The translations under genes were made by a program, and so were the position numbers. Below, piece after piece: positions 10,230 to 20,640 of a stretch of 64,000 bases of DNA. Where the stretch lies: positions 128,756 to 192,755 of the forward strand of contig JBBDYJ010000032.1 of the NCBI GenBank assembly GCA_040901675.1, written 5' to 3'. The stretch is from Pirellulales bacterium (GTDB lineage: Bacteria; Planctomycetota; Planctomycetia; Pirellulales; JAICIG01). Position 1 is the first letter of the stretch; each line of letters starts with the position of its first letter. The notes below the pieces were generated by a model that saw nothing but the letters and a program-made list of their open reading frames with translations, had not been told where the DNA came from and made no database searches.

Positions 10230-10504
10230 AACTCGCTCGAATCCGTCGAAGTTGCTTTTTGGTCGCTTCTAACCGTCAGCCCGCGGCCTGTTTCCGTATC
10301 GGCAGGATTCAAATCGGGGCTTGAGATTGGAGCGGCAGGGCAATCGGCCAACAGACATGTGAAGCGGGGAAGGCGAGAGAAGACAGCGAAGGACTATTTC
10401 GCGGCGTGTCGGTCTTCTGCTCGGACACGGCATGAGCGCCGCCACACTGGGCGATTTGGCCTGACTTGAGCGGCGGCCTGCTGCATGCGCCAGCGGCAGT
10501 CTAT

Positions 10505-11869
10505 TTACTTGCCGATGCAGAAGCGGCTGAAAATGCGGTCGAGGATGTCGTCGGTATAGACGGCCCCGACCACCTGGCCCAGCTCGTCGAGGGCCGTTCG
10601 CAGCTCGGCTGCCAGCAGCTCGTCGCCGCCGCGCCTGCCGGCGACGTCCAGCGCACCCGCCAGGCAGGCGGCGGCCCGTTCCAGGCTTTGGCGGCAACGG
10701 GCCGCGGTAGCGGGCACCGCGTCGGTTTCAGCCGCCTGGACGCTGCGGGCCGCCTCGCCCAGCAGCGATCGCAACCGGTCGAGGCCCGCGCCGCTGCGGC
10801 TGCTGGTCGCCACGGCGCCCGGCACCGCGGGCATGCCCGGCGGCTGGTCGGTCTTGGTCAAGGCCACGATCCGTGTGACCGAATCGGGCCGCTCGGCCAA
10901 CCGCCGCCGCTCCCAGGCATTCAAAGGCCGCGTCCCGTCCAGACAGAGCACCTCGACGTGCGCGTGTAGCCGCTGGTCGAGTGCGAAGTGCTGGGCGGCC
11001 TGTTCGATGGGCTGGCTGGCCGCCGGATCGACGCCGGCCGTATCGATCAGCTCGCAGCCGATACCGTCCAGGTCGAGCGTTGCCGAGAGGTAGTCGCGCG
11101 TGGTGCCCGCGCTGGCCGAAACCAAGGCCTGGCCGGCCGCCACGAGCGCGTTGTACAGGCTGCTCTTGCCGACGTTGGGCCAGCCGACCAGCACGATGCG
11201 GACCACGTCGGCCGTTTGGTGGCGGCCCGCCATGCGTGCGGCCAGGTCGGCCACCGTCCGAGAGGCCGCCTGAAGCTGTGCGACGACCTGGTCCTGGGCG
11301 ATGAACTCGATGTCCTCGTCGACGAAATCCAAGCCGGCTTCGACGTGGGCCAGCGTGTCGAGCAGCTCGCTGCGCAAGGCGGTCAGCGGGGTGGCGAGTC
11401 CACCGGCGAGCTGCTCCAGGGCGCGGTCGAGCTGCGCTCGGCCCGTCGCGTCGATGACTCCCAGGACCGCCTCGGCCTGCGTCAGATCGATGCGGCCCGC
11501 CAAAAAGGCCCGCAACGTGAACTCGCCGGGCGCTGCCAGCCGGGCCCCGGTCTGGCAGATTCGGCGCAGGGCCGCTTCCAGCAAGGGGGGCGAACCGATG
11601 GTGTGCAACTCGGCGGAGGGTTGGCGGGTGTAACTGCGGCGGCCCGGCCAGAGATAGACCTGGCAGGGCAAGGGCGACGCCAGCCCCAGGTTCAAACGGC
11701 CGGTGAGCATCGTCGGATGCGTGACATCCGCCAGCTCGACGGGCTCATTCGGCTCAAACGAACGACTGACGCATTCGACCACGCCGGGGCCGCTGAGGCG
11801 GACGATACCGCGTGCGGCGCCGCCTGGAGCCGAAGCAATGGCGGCGATGGTGTCGTCGGGATGGTGCAC
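10505..11869 (-). CDS. mnmE: tRNA modification GTPase MnmE/TrmE
   Basis: DTIAAIAS, PGEFTLRAFLAGRIDLTQAEAV, GWPNVGKSSL, GTTRD, DTAG, C-terminal FSRFCIGK. Confidence 0.95.
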   Translation of the reverse strand: MHHPDDTIAAIASAPGGAARGIVRLSGPGVVECVSRSFEPNEPVELADVTHPTMLTGRLNLGLASPLPCQVYLWPGRRSYTRQPSAELHTIGSPPLLEAALRRICQTGARLAAPGEFTLRAFLAGRIDLTQAEAVLGVIDATGRAQLDRALEQLAGGLATPLTALRSELLDTLAHVEAGLDFVDEDIEFIAQDQVVAQLQAASRTVADLAARMAGRHQTADVVRIVLVGWPNVGKSSLYNALVAAGQALVSASAGTTRDYLSATLDLDGIGCELIDTAGVDPAASQPIEQAAQHFALDQRLHAHVEVLCLDGTRPLNAWERRRLAERPDSVTRIVALTKTDQPPGMPAVPGAVATSSRSGAGLDRLRSLLGEAARSVQAAETDAVPATAARCRQSLERAAACLAGALDVAGRRGGDELLAAELRTALDELGQVVGAVYTDDILDRIFSRFCIGK

Positions 11870-11939
11870 GGCAGGCGGTCGCCCTGTCGGTTCGCCGGGA
11901 ATTTGGTCGAAAGCAACGTCGTCAGAACGTCCCAACGGA

Positions 11940-11990
11940 CTGGGGCAGGCTAGCGCTTTGCCCCAGGCACCCAGCGGTAGCGTGCCCCAG
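11940..11990. repeat. REP-like palindrome plus inverted half copy (exact empty site of the 24-bp insert)
   Basis: ctggggcaggctagcgctttgccccaggcaccc followed by agcggtagcgtgccccag (rc ctggggcacgctac^cgct). Confidence 0.85.
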
Positions 11991-12019
11991 TTTGTTCTGA
12001 GTTATTCTCCGGCGCTTCG

Positions 12020-14359
12020 TTAGCGGCGGCCTCGCTGCTGCTTCTTTTTCTTCTTGCTGCCGGCCGCGCCGTTGGTTTCGGTGCCCGCCGATGGCCGGGC
12101 CGTCGGCTTCTGGGCCGTGGGCGTTTGAGGAGGCAGCTTGGCTTTGGGCAGCAGCTTGCGTTCGGCGATGCCCCAGATGCTCGAGGCGATGAAGTAGATG
12201 CACAGCCCGCTGGCCACTTTAAAGAACAACACGCCCATGAAGATCATCATGTACTGCATGATCTTCATTTGCAGGGCGGCCTGTTCGTCGGCGGGCGGGG
12301 GCATGAACATCTTCTGCTGCCAGAGGAACAAGGCTACGGTGACCAGCGGCAGGATATTGAGGTACGGCCCCAGCCAGCCGGTCTCGCCGGCCAGAAAGCC
12401 GGGCAAAAAAGCCTCCCAATACCAGAACATGTCGGGGGCGGCCAGGTTCGAGCACCAGCGGATGGCGTGGCTGATGAGCGGGGCCTGGTAGAGCTCGACG
12501 TCGACCGACAGCGAGCGGTAAAGGCCCAGGAAGATCGGCAATTGAATCAAGGCGGGCCAGCAGCCGGCCAGCGGGTTGTAGTTGTGCTTGCGGAACAACT
12601 CCTGCTGCGCCTTGGTCCGCTGCTCGACGTTGCCCTTGTGTTTCTCCGCCAGGCGCTTCATCTCGGGCTGCAATTCCTGCATTTTCTGCGCGCCCAGCGC
12701 CTGCTTGCGGCTCAGCGGGAACATGCAGGAGCGGACCAGCACCGTCAGCATGATGATGGCGATGCCATAATTGCCGACGATGGAGTAAAAGAAATGCAGT
12801 ACGACGAGCATGGGCCGCGAGACAAAGCCGAACCAACCATAGTAGACCAGCTCGCTCAAGCCATACGGCTTTGCATACTGGGCCAGAAGACGGGGCCGCT
12901 TCGGGCCGGCGAAGACTCGAAACTCGTGCTCCAGCTCGGCGCCGGGCTTGAGTGTTTCGGCCCGGCTGATCATGCGCGTGGAGATGTTGACCAGTTTTTT
13001 CTTGTGGGGATCCTTGGGGACAGGGCCGGCGCGGATCGGCATCACTCGGGCGAAGCGGACGTCGGCCGGATCGTCCTGCTGGGGAATCAACATCACCGCG
13101 AAGTACTGCGCGTCGACGCCGGCATAGATCAGTGGATCTTTGTCCCAGATAAATGGACCCTTCCCGTCGGCGATTTTGGTGGCGTTGACCTGACGGTAGT
13201 CAAAATAGCCCTCCGGCCTGGTGGCGATGACAAAATCGCGGATTCCGGCCGAATCCCAGCCGTGGCTGATCTTGGAAGAGTAGGCGTACCACCAGCCTTG
13301 CGTCGGCAGGCCGTTGGGCCCGTCCAGCCGGTAGGCGATCGCTCGGTCCTCGTCTCCCACGTTCTCGACCTTGATCGACAGGTCGAGATGGTAGGCCGGC
13401 GCATGGACGTTCTGCTCTTCGCCCGGCTTCAGCCTGGGGAGACGGTAGGTCTTGACGATCCGCACGCCTTCATCGCCGAGCAACCACTCGAAGGCGACCT
13501 GGTCGGGGCGGGCCGGATCGGGGGGCAGTATCTTCCAGTTTCCGGTCCGCATGTTGACGCGGGGCAGTTCGCTGGCGTCCTTGGCGATCTTGCGATCGTC
13601 GATGCTCTCCAGTGTGGTCAGGAACGAGGGTGGATCGGATCCTTCAGGTTCGATCACCGCCAGTGGCTGGCGGGCCAGCACCGCCACCAGCTCCTGGCGC
13701 TTGCCGCCGCGCAGCACCGTCAGCCGCAGCGAGTCGCCCGGCTTCGACCTTTCCAGCCTCGTGTTCAGTGCCGCCGCGCCGGCAATTTCCCCGCCGTCGA
13801 CGCCGGCAATCACGTCGCCGGCGCGCAGGCCCGCCTTGTCGGCCGGAGTTCCAGCGCCGACCACGCGCACCTTGACGCCTGTGCCGCCGGCCGCGTCGAT
13901 GGCCGCCAGGTGCCCCAAATAGCCGCTGCGGTCGTCCAGGTCGCTGAAACGCGTGGTGGCCAGCTCGATCCGCTCGACGGCGGCGCCCCGGTTGGTGACG
14001 GTGACCAGAAAGCGATATGGGCTGGTCTCGTCGAGCGAGCCCAAGGTACGCCACTGGCGGGGCTGCTTGGGCGCAGGCGCGGCGGCAACCCTCGGTTTGG
14101 CCGCGGCGGCGGCCGCACGGGGATCCCCTTCGGGCGGCTTTTCCCCCGGGACCTTCTTTTCGGGAGCGCCCTTCTTTTCAGGAGCGACCTGGCCGGGCGG
14201 GTGCTTGGCTTTTTCGGCCGCTTTTTCCGCTGCTTGACGTTGCTGGGCCGCGCGCTGTTGTCCGGGCGGGGGCGCAAGCCAGCGCATAACAAAAATGTTG
14301 AGCGCCAATACGCTGGCGGCCAGCACAAAGAATACAACCCAGCGTTTTTCCATTCCCAT
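12020..14359 (-). CDS. yidC: Membrane protein insertase YidC with inserted PDZ domain
   Basis: YYGWF, GNYGIAIIMLTVLVR, KMQELQPEMK, NPLAGCWPALIQLPIF, GLCIYFIAS. Confidence 0.95.
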   Translation of the reverse strand: MGMEKRWVVFFVLAASVLALNIFVMRWLAPPPGQQRAAQQRQAAEKAAEKAKHPPGQVAPEKKGAPEKKVPGEKPPEGDPRAAAAAAKPRVAAAPAPKQPRQWRTLGSLDETSPYRFLVTVTNRGAAVERIELATTRFSDLDDRSGYLGHLAAIDAAGGTGVKVRVVGAGTPADKAGLRAGDVIAGVDGGEIAGAAALNTRLERSKPGDSLRLTVLRGGKRQELVAVLARQPLAVIEPEGSDPPSFLTTLESIDDRKIAKDASELPRVNMRTGNWKILPPDPARPDQVAFEWLLGDEGVRIVKTYRLPRLKPGEEQNVHAPAYHLDLSIKVENVGDEDRAIAYRLDGPNGLPTQGWWYAYSSKISHGWDSAGIRDFVIATRPEGYFDYRQVNATKIADGKGPFIWDKDPLIYAGVDAQYFAVMLIPQQDDPADVRFARVMPIRAGPVPKDPHKKKLVNISTRMISRAETLKPGAELEHEFRVFAGPKRPRLLAQYAKPYGLSELVYYGWFGFVSRPMLVVLHFFYSIVGNYGIAIIMLTVLVRSCMFPLSRKQALGAQKMQELQPEMKRLAEKHKGNVEQRTKAQQELFRKHNYNPLAGCWPALIQLPIFLGLYRSLSVDVELYQAPLISHAIRWCSNLAAPDMFWYWEAFLPGFLAGETGWLGPYLNILPLVTVALFLWQQKMFMPPPADEQAALQMKIMQYMMIFMGVLFFKVASGLCIYFIASSIWGIAERKLLPKAKLPPQTPTAQKPTARPSAGTETNGAAGSKKKKKQQRGRR

Positions 14360-14663
14360 CGAATCCTTGGCTCGGCGGCCGCAATGGTCAAGCCCGCCTG
14401 TCGGGCGGGGGAGCTCGAATCCGTCCGCCCGCCAGCCGGCGGGGAAACGGAGTGCAATCAGTTCAGTTACGCGGGCGGGATACACACCAGGACGACGAGC
14501 CAGCCCGCCCGCTTGCAAAATCGCCCGCTTATCAACCGCCGGTTACGCCCGCGCCAGACAGGAAGCTCGTTATGGTATTCGGCGTGGTTAAGCAGTTCTT
14601 GTCCAACTTCGCCCGTGCCGCGGCGTCGATCAACTCAGCGTCCGTCAACGCGGCGCCGTCCAC

Positions 14664-15413
14664 TCAGCGTCCGTCGCGGAGCCGATCGCCGAGAAAGTTG
14701 TCCAATTCCGGGGTCTCGTGGATTTTCTGGATGGTCTTTTCAAATGGGTATTCCACCCGGCGGAACTTGACCAGGTCGTCTTCCAGCACGACGTAACAGG
14801 CACGCGGATCGCCGTCACGGGGTTGTCCCACGGAGCCGACGTTGATCATCGTCTTCTCCTGGGTCAAACGATACTGGTAGCTGATTTCCTCCGGGCTGAA
14901 AAAGTTAAGGTTCTGCGTGAACACACCCGGCACGTGCGTGTGTCCCTGGAAACAATGCTGCTCGATCAGCGAAAAAATCTTTTCCATCTTCCGCTGGTTG
15001 TAGATATCCTCGGGAAACACGTACTCGTTGAGCGGATTGCGGGCCGAACCATGGACAAACAAGAAGCTGTTCTCACGCTTGTTGCGAGGCAGCTCGCCCA
15101 GAAAGTCCCAGCGCTTGGCATTGTCGGCCGGGTTGCCGCGAGGGCTCTCCAGTTGTTCGCGCGTCCAGAAGATCGCTCGCTCGGCACCGGAATTGAATCC
15201 CTCGGGGTCGAACAACGCGCCCTGGTCGTGGTTGCCCAGCAGGCAGAAGTCCATCTTCATCACCAGGTCGATGCACTCGCGAGGATTCGGGCCGTAGCCG
15301 ATAATGTCTCCCAGGCAGTAGATCTCCGTAATCCCCTGCTCGCGAATATCCGCCAGCACGGCCTCGAGTCCTTCGAGGTTGCTGTGGATGTCGCTGATCA
15401 AAGCTCGCTTCAC
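14664..15413 (-). CDS. Metallophosphoesterase (calcineurin-like)
   Basis: [41 protein letters not shown]. Confidence 0.92.
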   Translation of the reverse strand: MKRALISDIHSNLEGLEAVLADIREQGITEIYCLGDIIGYGPNPRECIDLVMKMDFCLLGNHDQGALFDPEGFNSGAERAIFWTREQLESPRGNPADNAKRWDFLGELPRNKRENSFLFVHGSARNPLNEYVFPEDIYNQRKMEKIFSLIEQHCFQGHTHVPGVFTQNLNFFSPEEISYQYRLTQEKTMINVGSVGQPRDGDPRACYVVLEDDLVKFRRVEYPFEKTIQKIHETPELDNFLGDRLRDGR

Positions 15414-15589
15414 GCCCGTAGACCTTCGGCTGCCCGGTGGCGTGATGCCCCCCCGGCACGCACAACGGGAAAAGATTGCCCCAAACTCAATCGGCAGTCT
15501 AGGTTAGCGTTTTGGAGTGGTCAAGTCGGTTTTAACGGACCCCCCGCGGGGCGGATCTCTGCCTGCTGCCGCTAAAGACGAGGTAAATC

Positions 15590-16288
15590 GTGCGGATCCT
15601 GGCCCTCGAAACCAGTGGCAAATCGGGCAGCGTGGCCGCCTTGCGGGGCGATGTCCTCCTGGCCGAAGAGCCTCTGGAGCCATCGCAGCGCAGTGCCCAG
15701 TCGCTGGCGCCGGCCATGCGGCAATTGCTCGAGGCGGTCGACTGGACGCCCCGCGACGTGCAATTGGTTGCCGTGACCCTTGGACCAGGCTCGTTTACCG
15801 GCCTGCGCGTCGGCGTGACCACGGCCAAGACGTTCGCCTACGCGGTCGGGGCCGAGGTGGTTGCCGTGAACACCTTGGAGGTCATTGCGCGGCAGGCGCC
15901 CGACGACCCGGCCGGCCGGAAGCTGTCCGCAGTGCTGGATGCCGGCCGGGGCGAATTGTTCATCGGCGCGTTTACCGGCTCCGGCAGTCAGCGAGCTTGG
16001 ATGGGGCCGCCGGCTATCCAGAGCGTGGAAACATGGCTGGCGGGACTCGACGCCGGCTGGCGGGTGACGGGGCCGGCGCTGGCGCGGCTGGCAGGGCGGC
16101 TGCCGGTCGAGATCGAGCAGGTTGGGGCCGAATTCTGGTATCCGGCCGCGGCCACGGTCGGACGGTTGGCCGCCGCCAAGTACGCCGCCGGCCAGCGTGA
16201 CGACCTCTGGACGCTGGCCCCCTTGTATCTGCGCAAGAGCGCCGCGGAAGAGAAGGAGGAAGGAGGAAGGAGGAAGGAGGAAGGGTGA
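15590..16288 (+). CDS. tsaB: tRNA threonylcarbamoyladenosine biosynthesis protein TsaB
   Basis: MRILALETS, GPGSFTGLRVG, LDAGRGE, PLYLR. Confidence 0.93.
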   Translation: MRILALETSGKSGSVAALRGDVLLAEEPLEPSQRSAQSLAPAMRQLLEAVDWTPRDVQLVAVTLGPGSFTGLRVGVTTAKTFAYAVGAEVVAVNTLEVIARQAPDDPAGRKLSAVLDAGRGELFIGAFTGSGSQRAWMGPPAIQSVETWLAGLDAGWRVTGPALARLAGRLPVEIEQVGAEFWYPAAATVGRLAAAKYAAGQRDDLWTLAPLYLRKSAAEEKEEGGRRKEEG

Positions 16289-16331
16289 GGCGCGCGTCCT
16301 ATTCCTCCTTCCTCCTTCCTCCTTCCTCCTT
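16252..16331. repeat. Inverted pair of (GAAGGAG)n arrays spanning the convergent tsaB/hemL 3' ends
   Basis: gaaggag x4+ (16252-16284) and ttcctcc x4 (16302-16331) can form a ~30-bp stem. Confidence 0.9.
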
Positions 16332-17633
16332 TCGCGCCAGCACCTTGCGGGCGGCCTCCACGGTCTGGTCGATGTCCGCCTCGGTGTGGGCGGCCGAGAC
16401 AAACAGCGCCTCGTACTGGCTGCACGGCATGTAAATCCGCTCGTCGATCAACCCCCAAAAATATCGGGCGAAGCGGCCGGTGTCCGAGCGGCTGGCGACC
16501 GTCCACCCAGTGACCCGGTCGGGGTTGAAGAACAAGGTCAGCATGCTGCCCACACGGGCCGTCGTGTGCGGCACCCCTGCCGCGGAAGCGGCCTGGCCCA
16601 GCCCCGCTTCGAGCCGCTGCCCCAAGGCCTCCAGCTTCTGGTAGGGTGGGTCGTCGCGCAGGGACTTGAGGGTGGCGATGCCGGCGGCCGTGGCCAGCGG
16701 ATTTCCTGACAAGGTGCCGGCCTGGAACACCGGACCGGCCGGCAGCACGCGGTCCATGATGTCGGCACCTCCGCCGTAGGCTCCCACGGGGAGGCCGCCG
16801 CCCACGATCTTTCCCAGCGTGGTCAGATCCGGCGTGACGCCGAACAGCGATTGGGCGCCGCCGTAGGCCACGCGGAAGCCGGTCATCACTTCGTCAAAGA
16901 TCAATAGCGAGCCGGCGCGCCGCGTCTCGTGTCGCAGGGCCTCGAGGAACTCGGCCGAAGGCACGACGCAGCCCATATTGCCCACGACCGGTTCGACAAT
17001 GACGGCGGCAATTCGCTGTGCGTGCTCGGCGAAGGCGGCGGCCAGCGCCTGGTGGTCGTTGTATTCGAGCACCAGCGTGTCGCGGGTGGTGCCCGCGGTG
17101 ACGCCGGGCGAGTTGGGCACGCCCAGCGTGGCCGCCGAGCTGCCGGCGGCCACCAGCAGGCTGTCGACGTGCCCATGGTAGTTGCCTGCGAACTTGACGA
17201 TCAGCTCGCGGCCGGTGAAGGCGCGCGCCAGCCGCAAAGCGCTCAAGGTGGCTTCGGTGCCGGAGTTGACCAGGCGGACTTTTTCGACCGAGGGCACCGC
17301 CTCGACGATCAGCTCGGCCAGCTCGCTCTCGGCCTCAGTCGGCGCGCCGAAGCTGCTGCCGCGGGCAACGGCCTGCCGCAGGGCCTCGGTCACGGCCGGA
17401 TGTGCGTGCCCCAGGATCATCGGCCCCCAGGAGCCGACGTAATCGAGGTAGCGATTGCCATCCAGATCGGTCAGGTATGCGCCCTTGGCCGACGCGATGA
17501 ACAGCGGGTGCCCGCCGACCGCTCCGAAGGCGCGTGCCGGGCTGTTCACGCCACCGGGAATCAATTGCCGCGCCCGGTCAAAGGCCGCCGCGCTTCGCGG
17601 GTACGATCGTCCATGCTGCCTGCTTTCGCTCAT
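16299..17633 (-). CDS. hemL: Glutamate-1-semialdehyde 2,1-aminomutase
   Basis: IPGGVNSPARAF, YVGSWGPMILGH, NSGTEAT, FDEVMTGFR, GKIVGGGLPVGAYGG. Confidence 0.97.
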   Translation of the reverse strand: MSESRQHGRSYPRSAAAFDRARQLIPGGVNSPARAFGAVGGHPLFIASAKGAYLTDLDGNRYLDYVGSWGPMILGHAHPAVTEALRQAVARGSSFGAPTEAESELAELIVEAVPSVEKVRLVNSGTEATLSALRLARAFTGRELIVKFAGNYHGHVDSLLVAAGSSAATLGVPNSPGVTAGTTRDTLVLEYNDHQALAAAFAEHAQRIAAVIVEPVVGNMGCVVPSAEFLEALRHETRRAGSLLIFDEVMTGFRVAYGGAQSLFGVTPDLTTLGKIVGGGLPVGAYGGGADIMDRVLPAGPVFQAGTLSGNPLATAAGIATLKSLRDDPPYQKLEALGQRLEAGLGQAASAAGVPHTTARVGSMLTLFFNPDRVTGWTVASRSDTGRFARYFWGLIDERIYMPCSQYEALFVSAAHTEADIDQTVEAARKVLARKEEGGRRKEE

Positions 17634-17693
17634 GGGCCAGATTGTCGCCTGAGGCGGCGAGGTTTCCAAGACCTGTAGGATAGGCATCCTGCC

Positions 17694-17793
17694 TTCTAGT
17701 TCTTAGTTCTTAGTGCTTTGGTCTTTGTTCTTCGGACTTGCGTTGGAGTTCTTCCCAATTACCAAGCACCAAGTACAGCTCCAAGTACCAAGA
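17694..17793. repeat. Inverted degenerate heptamer arrays (TCTTAGT / ACCAAGY)
   Basis: ttctagt-tcttagt-tcttagt...accaagc-accaagt...accaaga. Confidence 0.7.
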
Positions 17794-17805
17794 TCTCCTC
17801 CGGCC

Positions 17806-17886
17806 GGGTGGCTGGGGCAAAGCGGACTTCGGACTTCGGCGAGCTCAGTCGAGTCGCGAGCTCAGTCGAGTCGTAGCGTGCCCCAG
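17806..17886 (-). repeat. REP-like element with two nested 24-bp inserts (second copy)
   Basis: Reverse complement has the same architecture as 5984-6063. Confidence 0.9.
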
Positions 17887-17942
17887 TCTTCGCCCATTAA
17901 CCAGCATCCTGATCCTGCCCTGGGCATCCTGCGTTTCCCCCT

Positions 17943-19895
17943 TCATCCCTTTCCCACGATGATCACTTCGCCCTCGATGGTGTAAGCAGCCGCGCCTGTC
18001 TCGCCGGTGAGCAGCGACAAAAGCGTCTTGAGCACGGTGGAGAGACGGACGTTCTCCAGTTTGAGCGAGACGGGTTCGTCGATCCTGACTCCGGCGCGCT
18101 GGAGGGCCTTGACGTTGAGGACGATGTTGGCCCTGGTGTCGCGGCGGAGACGCTCGATGGCTTCCTTCAGGGGTACGTCCATGAACTCGATCCTGGCCAG
18201 AACGGTTTCCAGCGCTTCTTCGGCCGATCTTGGCCGGGCGTCGGGGCCGCCGATGCCCTCCAGCATCGCGTCCAGCTTCGCGGCAAGGTCGGCCGGCAGA
18301 CCAGCGGGCAGCGCATCGCCCTGGCCGACGACGCCGTCGAACAGCAGCTTGCCCTGGGCATCCTTGGCCAGCAGACGATTTTGGCCATCGGGCAGCCGCG
18401 TCAGCGTCAATGCGTGCTGGTCGTCGGACCAGCGCAGCGATGCCGCGCCGTTGAACCTGGTGATGAACTCCGGACGCGACATCAGGCCGTCGAGCAGCCG
18501 CTTCCGCTTGTCGGGACTCCCGTTTTCGACGAATTGCTTGACCTCGTCCGGTCCGGGCAAGATTCCTAGAGTGTCGAGGTATGCCCGCCGTAAGAAGACC
18601 TCGTCCGTTACCGACTCCTGACTTCGCAGGTCGACCACGTCTCTTAGATGGCCAGGGACCTGGTAGGCAAAGTCGACAGCCAACGGCACATTCAGCCTGA
18701 GCCCGGAGAGGTGGTCGATCGCATAAGAAGTATTGCTCGACTGGCCGGCCACCGGCTGGTCAGCTTCTTGGCTGGGCTCTGCACGCGGTTGCTCGGCCGG
18801 TTGATCGCCCGGTTGTTCGGCGGGTGCCTCGCCAGATTGGTGAGCGGGCTGTTCGGTTGGCTGCTCGGACGTCTTCTCGGCTGGGCGGGCCACCAGGACG
18901 GCGCGGAGGCTCGTCGACTGACCACCGCGAATGGCCGTCAACTCGATCTCGTCGCCCGGCCGCCGCATGCCGACCAACGCGCTGAACTGGTCCGGGTTCA
19001 CCAGCACCTGGTCGTCGAGTTTCTGGAGCAGGTCGTGCTCCTTCAGGCCGGCGGCCGCAGCCGGGCTGTCCGGCAGGACCGCATCGACCAACAGCCCCAG
19101 GCCCCCGGCCAGGCCGAGCTGCCGGACGAGCGCCGGCGGTGGTGGCGACGTGGAGACGCCCAGGTACGCCGGTCCGGCATCGCCCCCTGTCGCGGCGGCA
19201 ATGTCCATCAAGCCGACGTATGCCTGGTAAAGGTGATGTCCCCCCAAATCGTAGCGCGGAGTCCTTAGAACGCCTACCTGGCCGGTCGGTGCTTCGACCG
19301 TCACTTCGTGCTCGGCCATGGTCGCCGTTACGGTCTTGGGCTGGTTCTTATGGATCAACGTGATGGAAACGTCTTTTCCAGCGGGCAGACTGCGGACCAG
19401 GGCCGACAACTGCTCGGTATTGATCAGCAACTGCTGGTCCAGCTTTTCCAACACATCGTACTGTTCGATGCCCGCCGCTTCCGCCGGGCTGCCGCTCTCG
19501 ATCCCCTCGACCAGCAGGCCGGCGCGGGGGGGCAGCCTCAAGTGTTTCCGCAGGACGTCGGGGACGGGTGAGGTCGAAACGCCCAGGTACGTCACACGCT
19601 GAGTTTTTCCGCTGCCGTGCCCGTGGAAGGTGGATCTCAGTGCAATGAGCCCATGGCCCGGATGGCCGTCGAAAACCAACTGATTTGTCGAGTGGCATTG
19701 AGAGCAGTCCTGGCCCGCGAGCCATGCGACCGCGGAACGTTGCGGCTGCGTGGCCTTCTGGGCCTGGCCACCGCTTTTTTCTTCAGACGATTCTTGCGCA
19801 GTGGTTTTTGCGGCCGAAGAAGCGTCATCGGCGGCGGCCCCGGTCTGGACGGCGAGCCAGCAGAGCGAACAGGTCAGCAACGCGAAGAAACGCAT
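17943..19895 (-). CDS. Secreted protein: CxxCH + 2 PDZ + DUF1549-like segment + STN-like C-terminus
   Basis: AAGGAG RBS; signal peptide; DCSQCH; two YLGVSTSP...SPA.AAG...D.L.KLD.Q PDZ units; DEVFLRRAYLDTLGILP; IEFMDVPLKEAIERL...VSLKLENVRLSTVLKTLL. Confidence 0.85.
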   Translation of the reverse strand: MRFFALLTCSLCWLAVQTGAAADDASSAAKTTAQESSEEKSGGQAQKATQPQRSAVAWLAGQDCSQCHSTNQLVFDGHPGHGLIALRSTFHGHGSGKTQRVTYLGVSTSPVPDVLRKHLRLPPRAGLLVEGIESGSPAEAAGIEQYDVLEKLDQQLLINTEQLSALVRSLPAGKDVSITLIHKNQPKTVTATMAEHEVTVEAPTGQVGVLRTPRYDLGGHHLYQAYVGLMDIAAATGGDAGPAYLGVSTSPPPPALVRQLGLAGGLGLLVDAVLPDSPAAAAGLKEHDLLQKLDDQVLVNPDQFSALVGMRRPGDEIELTAIRGGQSTSLRAVLVARPAEKTSEQPTEQPAHQSGEAPAEQPGDQPAEQPRAEPSQEADQPVAGQSSNTSYAIDHLSGLRLNVPLAVDFAYQVPGHLRDVVDLRSQESVTDEVFLRRAYLDTLGILPGPDEVKQFVENGSPDKRKRLLDGLMSRPEFITRFNGAASLRWSDDQHALTLTRLPDGQNRLLAKDAQGKLLFDGVVGQGDALPAGLPADLAAKLDAMLEGIGGPDARPRSAEEALETVLARIEFMDVPLKEAIERLRRDTRANIVLNVKALQRAGVRIDEPVSLKLENVRLSTVLKTLLSLLTGETGAAAYTIEGEVIIVGKG

Positions 19896-19946
19896 AAACG
19901 GCTCCTTGAAGTTGTCGGGGAGAAAACGGTTCATAACGGACCGTTC

Positions 19947-20615
19947 TTACAGGGTTGGAATCCGAACAAAGACGACTTCCTCGCGGGGGACGATCCGCTC
20001 CATCCGCGCGCCGCGCGCGCGGTCGTACCACTCCACCCGCTCGTACCACTGCCGCCGCAGCTTGCGGGCGGGCGTGCGCCCGTCGATGAGCACGGTGCCC
20101 TCGTCCAGGGTCCGCGATCGCAGCAGCCGCTCGATAATCAGCGGCTGGCCCAGGTTGGCCAGCGCGTTGGATGCCCCGCTCGATTCGTTTGCATCCAGTG
20201 CAGCATCCGGACCGCCTGGAGGCAGATCGGCAGTGATAGTCGCCTCGGCCGCGGGGTCCCTAGGCACGTCCGGCCTGGGGTGCTGGTCCTGTTGCGTCGG
20301 CTGGTCATTCTCGATCCGGTCGATGTCCGCTCGCTGGTCGACCTGTGGGCGAGGCGCCTCGGCCTGTTCCTCGCCGTCGGAGACGAGCAGCGCCAGCAGC
20401 ATAACCGCCGCCGCCAGGGCCGCGACACCGGCCAGGACCGTCCGAAGCGTCACCCGCGGCGCCGGCGGTCGAGAGCGCTCAGGGGGCTCATTGTGCCGCG
20501 CGGCCGGCGGCTCGGCCTCGAAACGCTTCAAGCTTCGGCCAAGCTGGCCGTCGAGGTGCCGCGACAGATGTTGGCGGAGTTGTGATTCCCACGGTCCCAG
20601 ATCGTCGTCGTTCAT
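19947..20615 (-). CDS. Putative single-TM anti-sigma factor
   Basis: Directly downstream of ECF sigma; short N-terminal helix (ESQLRQHL), one TM (VLAGVAALAAAVMLLALLV), periplasmic tail. Confidence 0.7.
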   Translation of the reverse strand: MNDDDLGPWESQLRQHLSRHLDGQLGRSLKRFEAEPPAARHNEPPERSRPPAPRVTLRTVLAGVAALAAAVMLLALLVSDGEEQAEAPRPQVDQRADIDRIENDQPTQQDQHPRPDVPRDPAAEATITADLPPGGPDAALDANESSGASNALANLGQPLIIERLLRSRTLDEGTVLIDGRTPARKLRRQWYERVEWYDRARGARMERIVPREEVVFVRIPTL

Positions 20616-20640
20616 TCTTGGATACCTCGATGTTTGCCAG

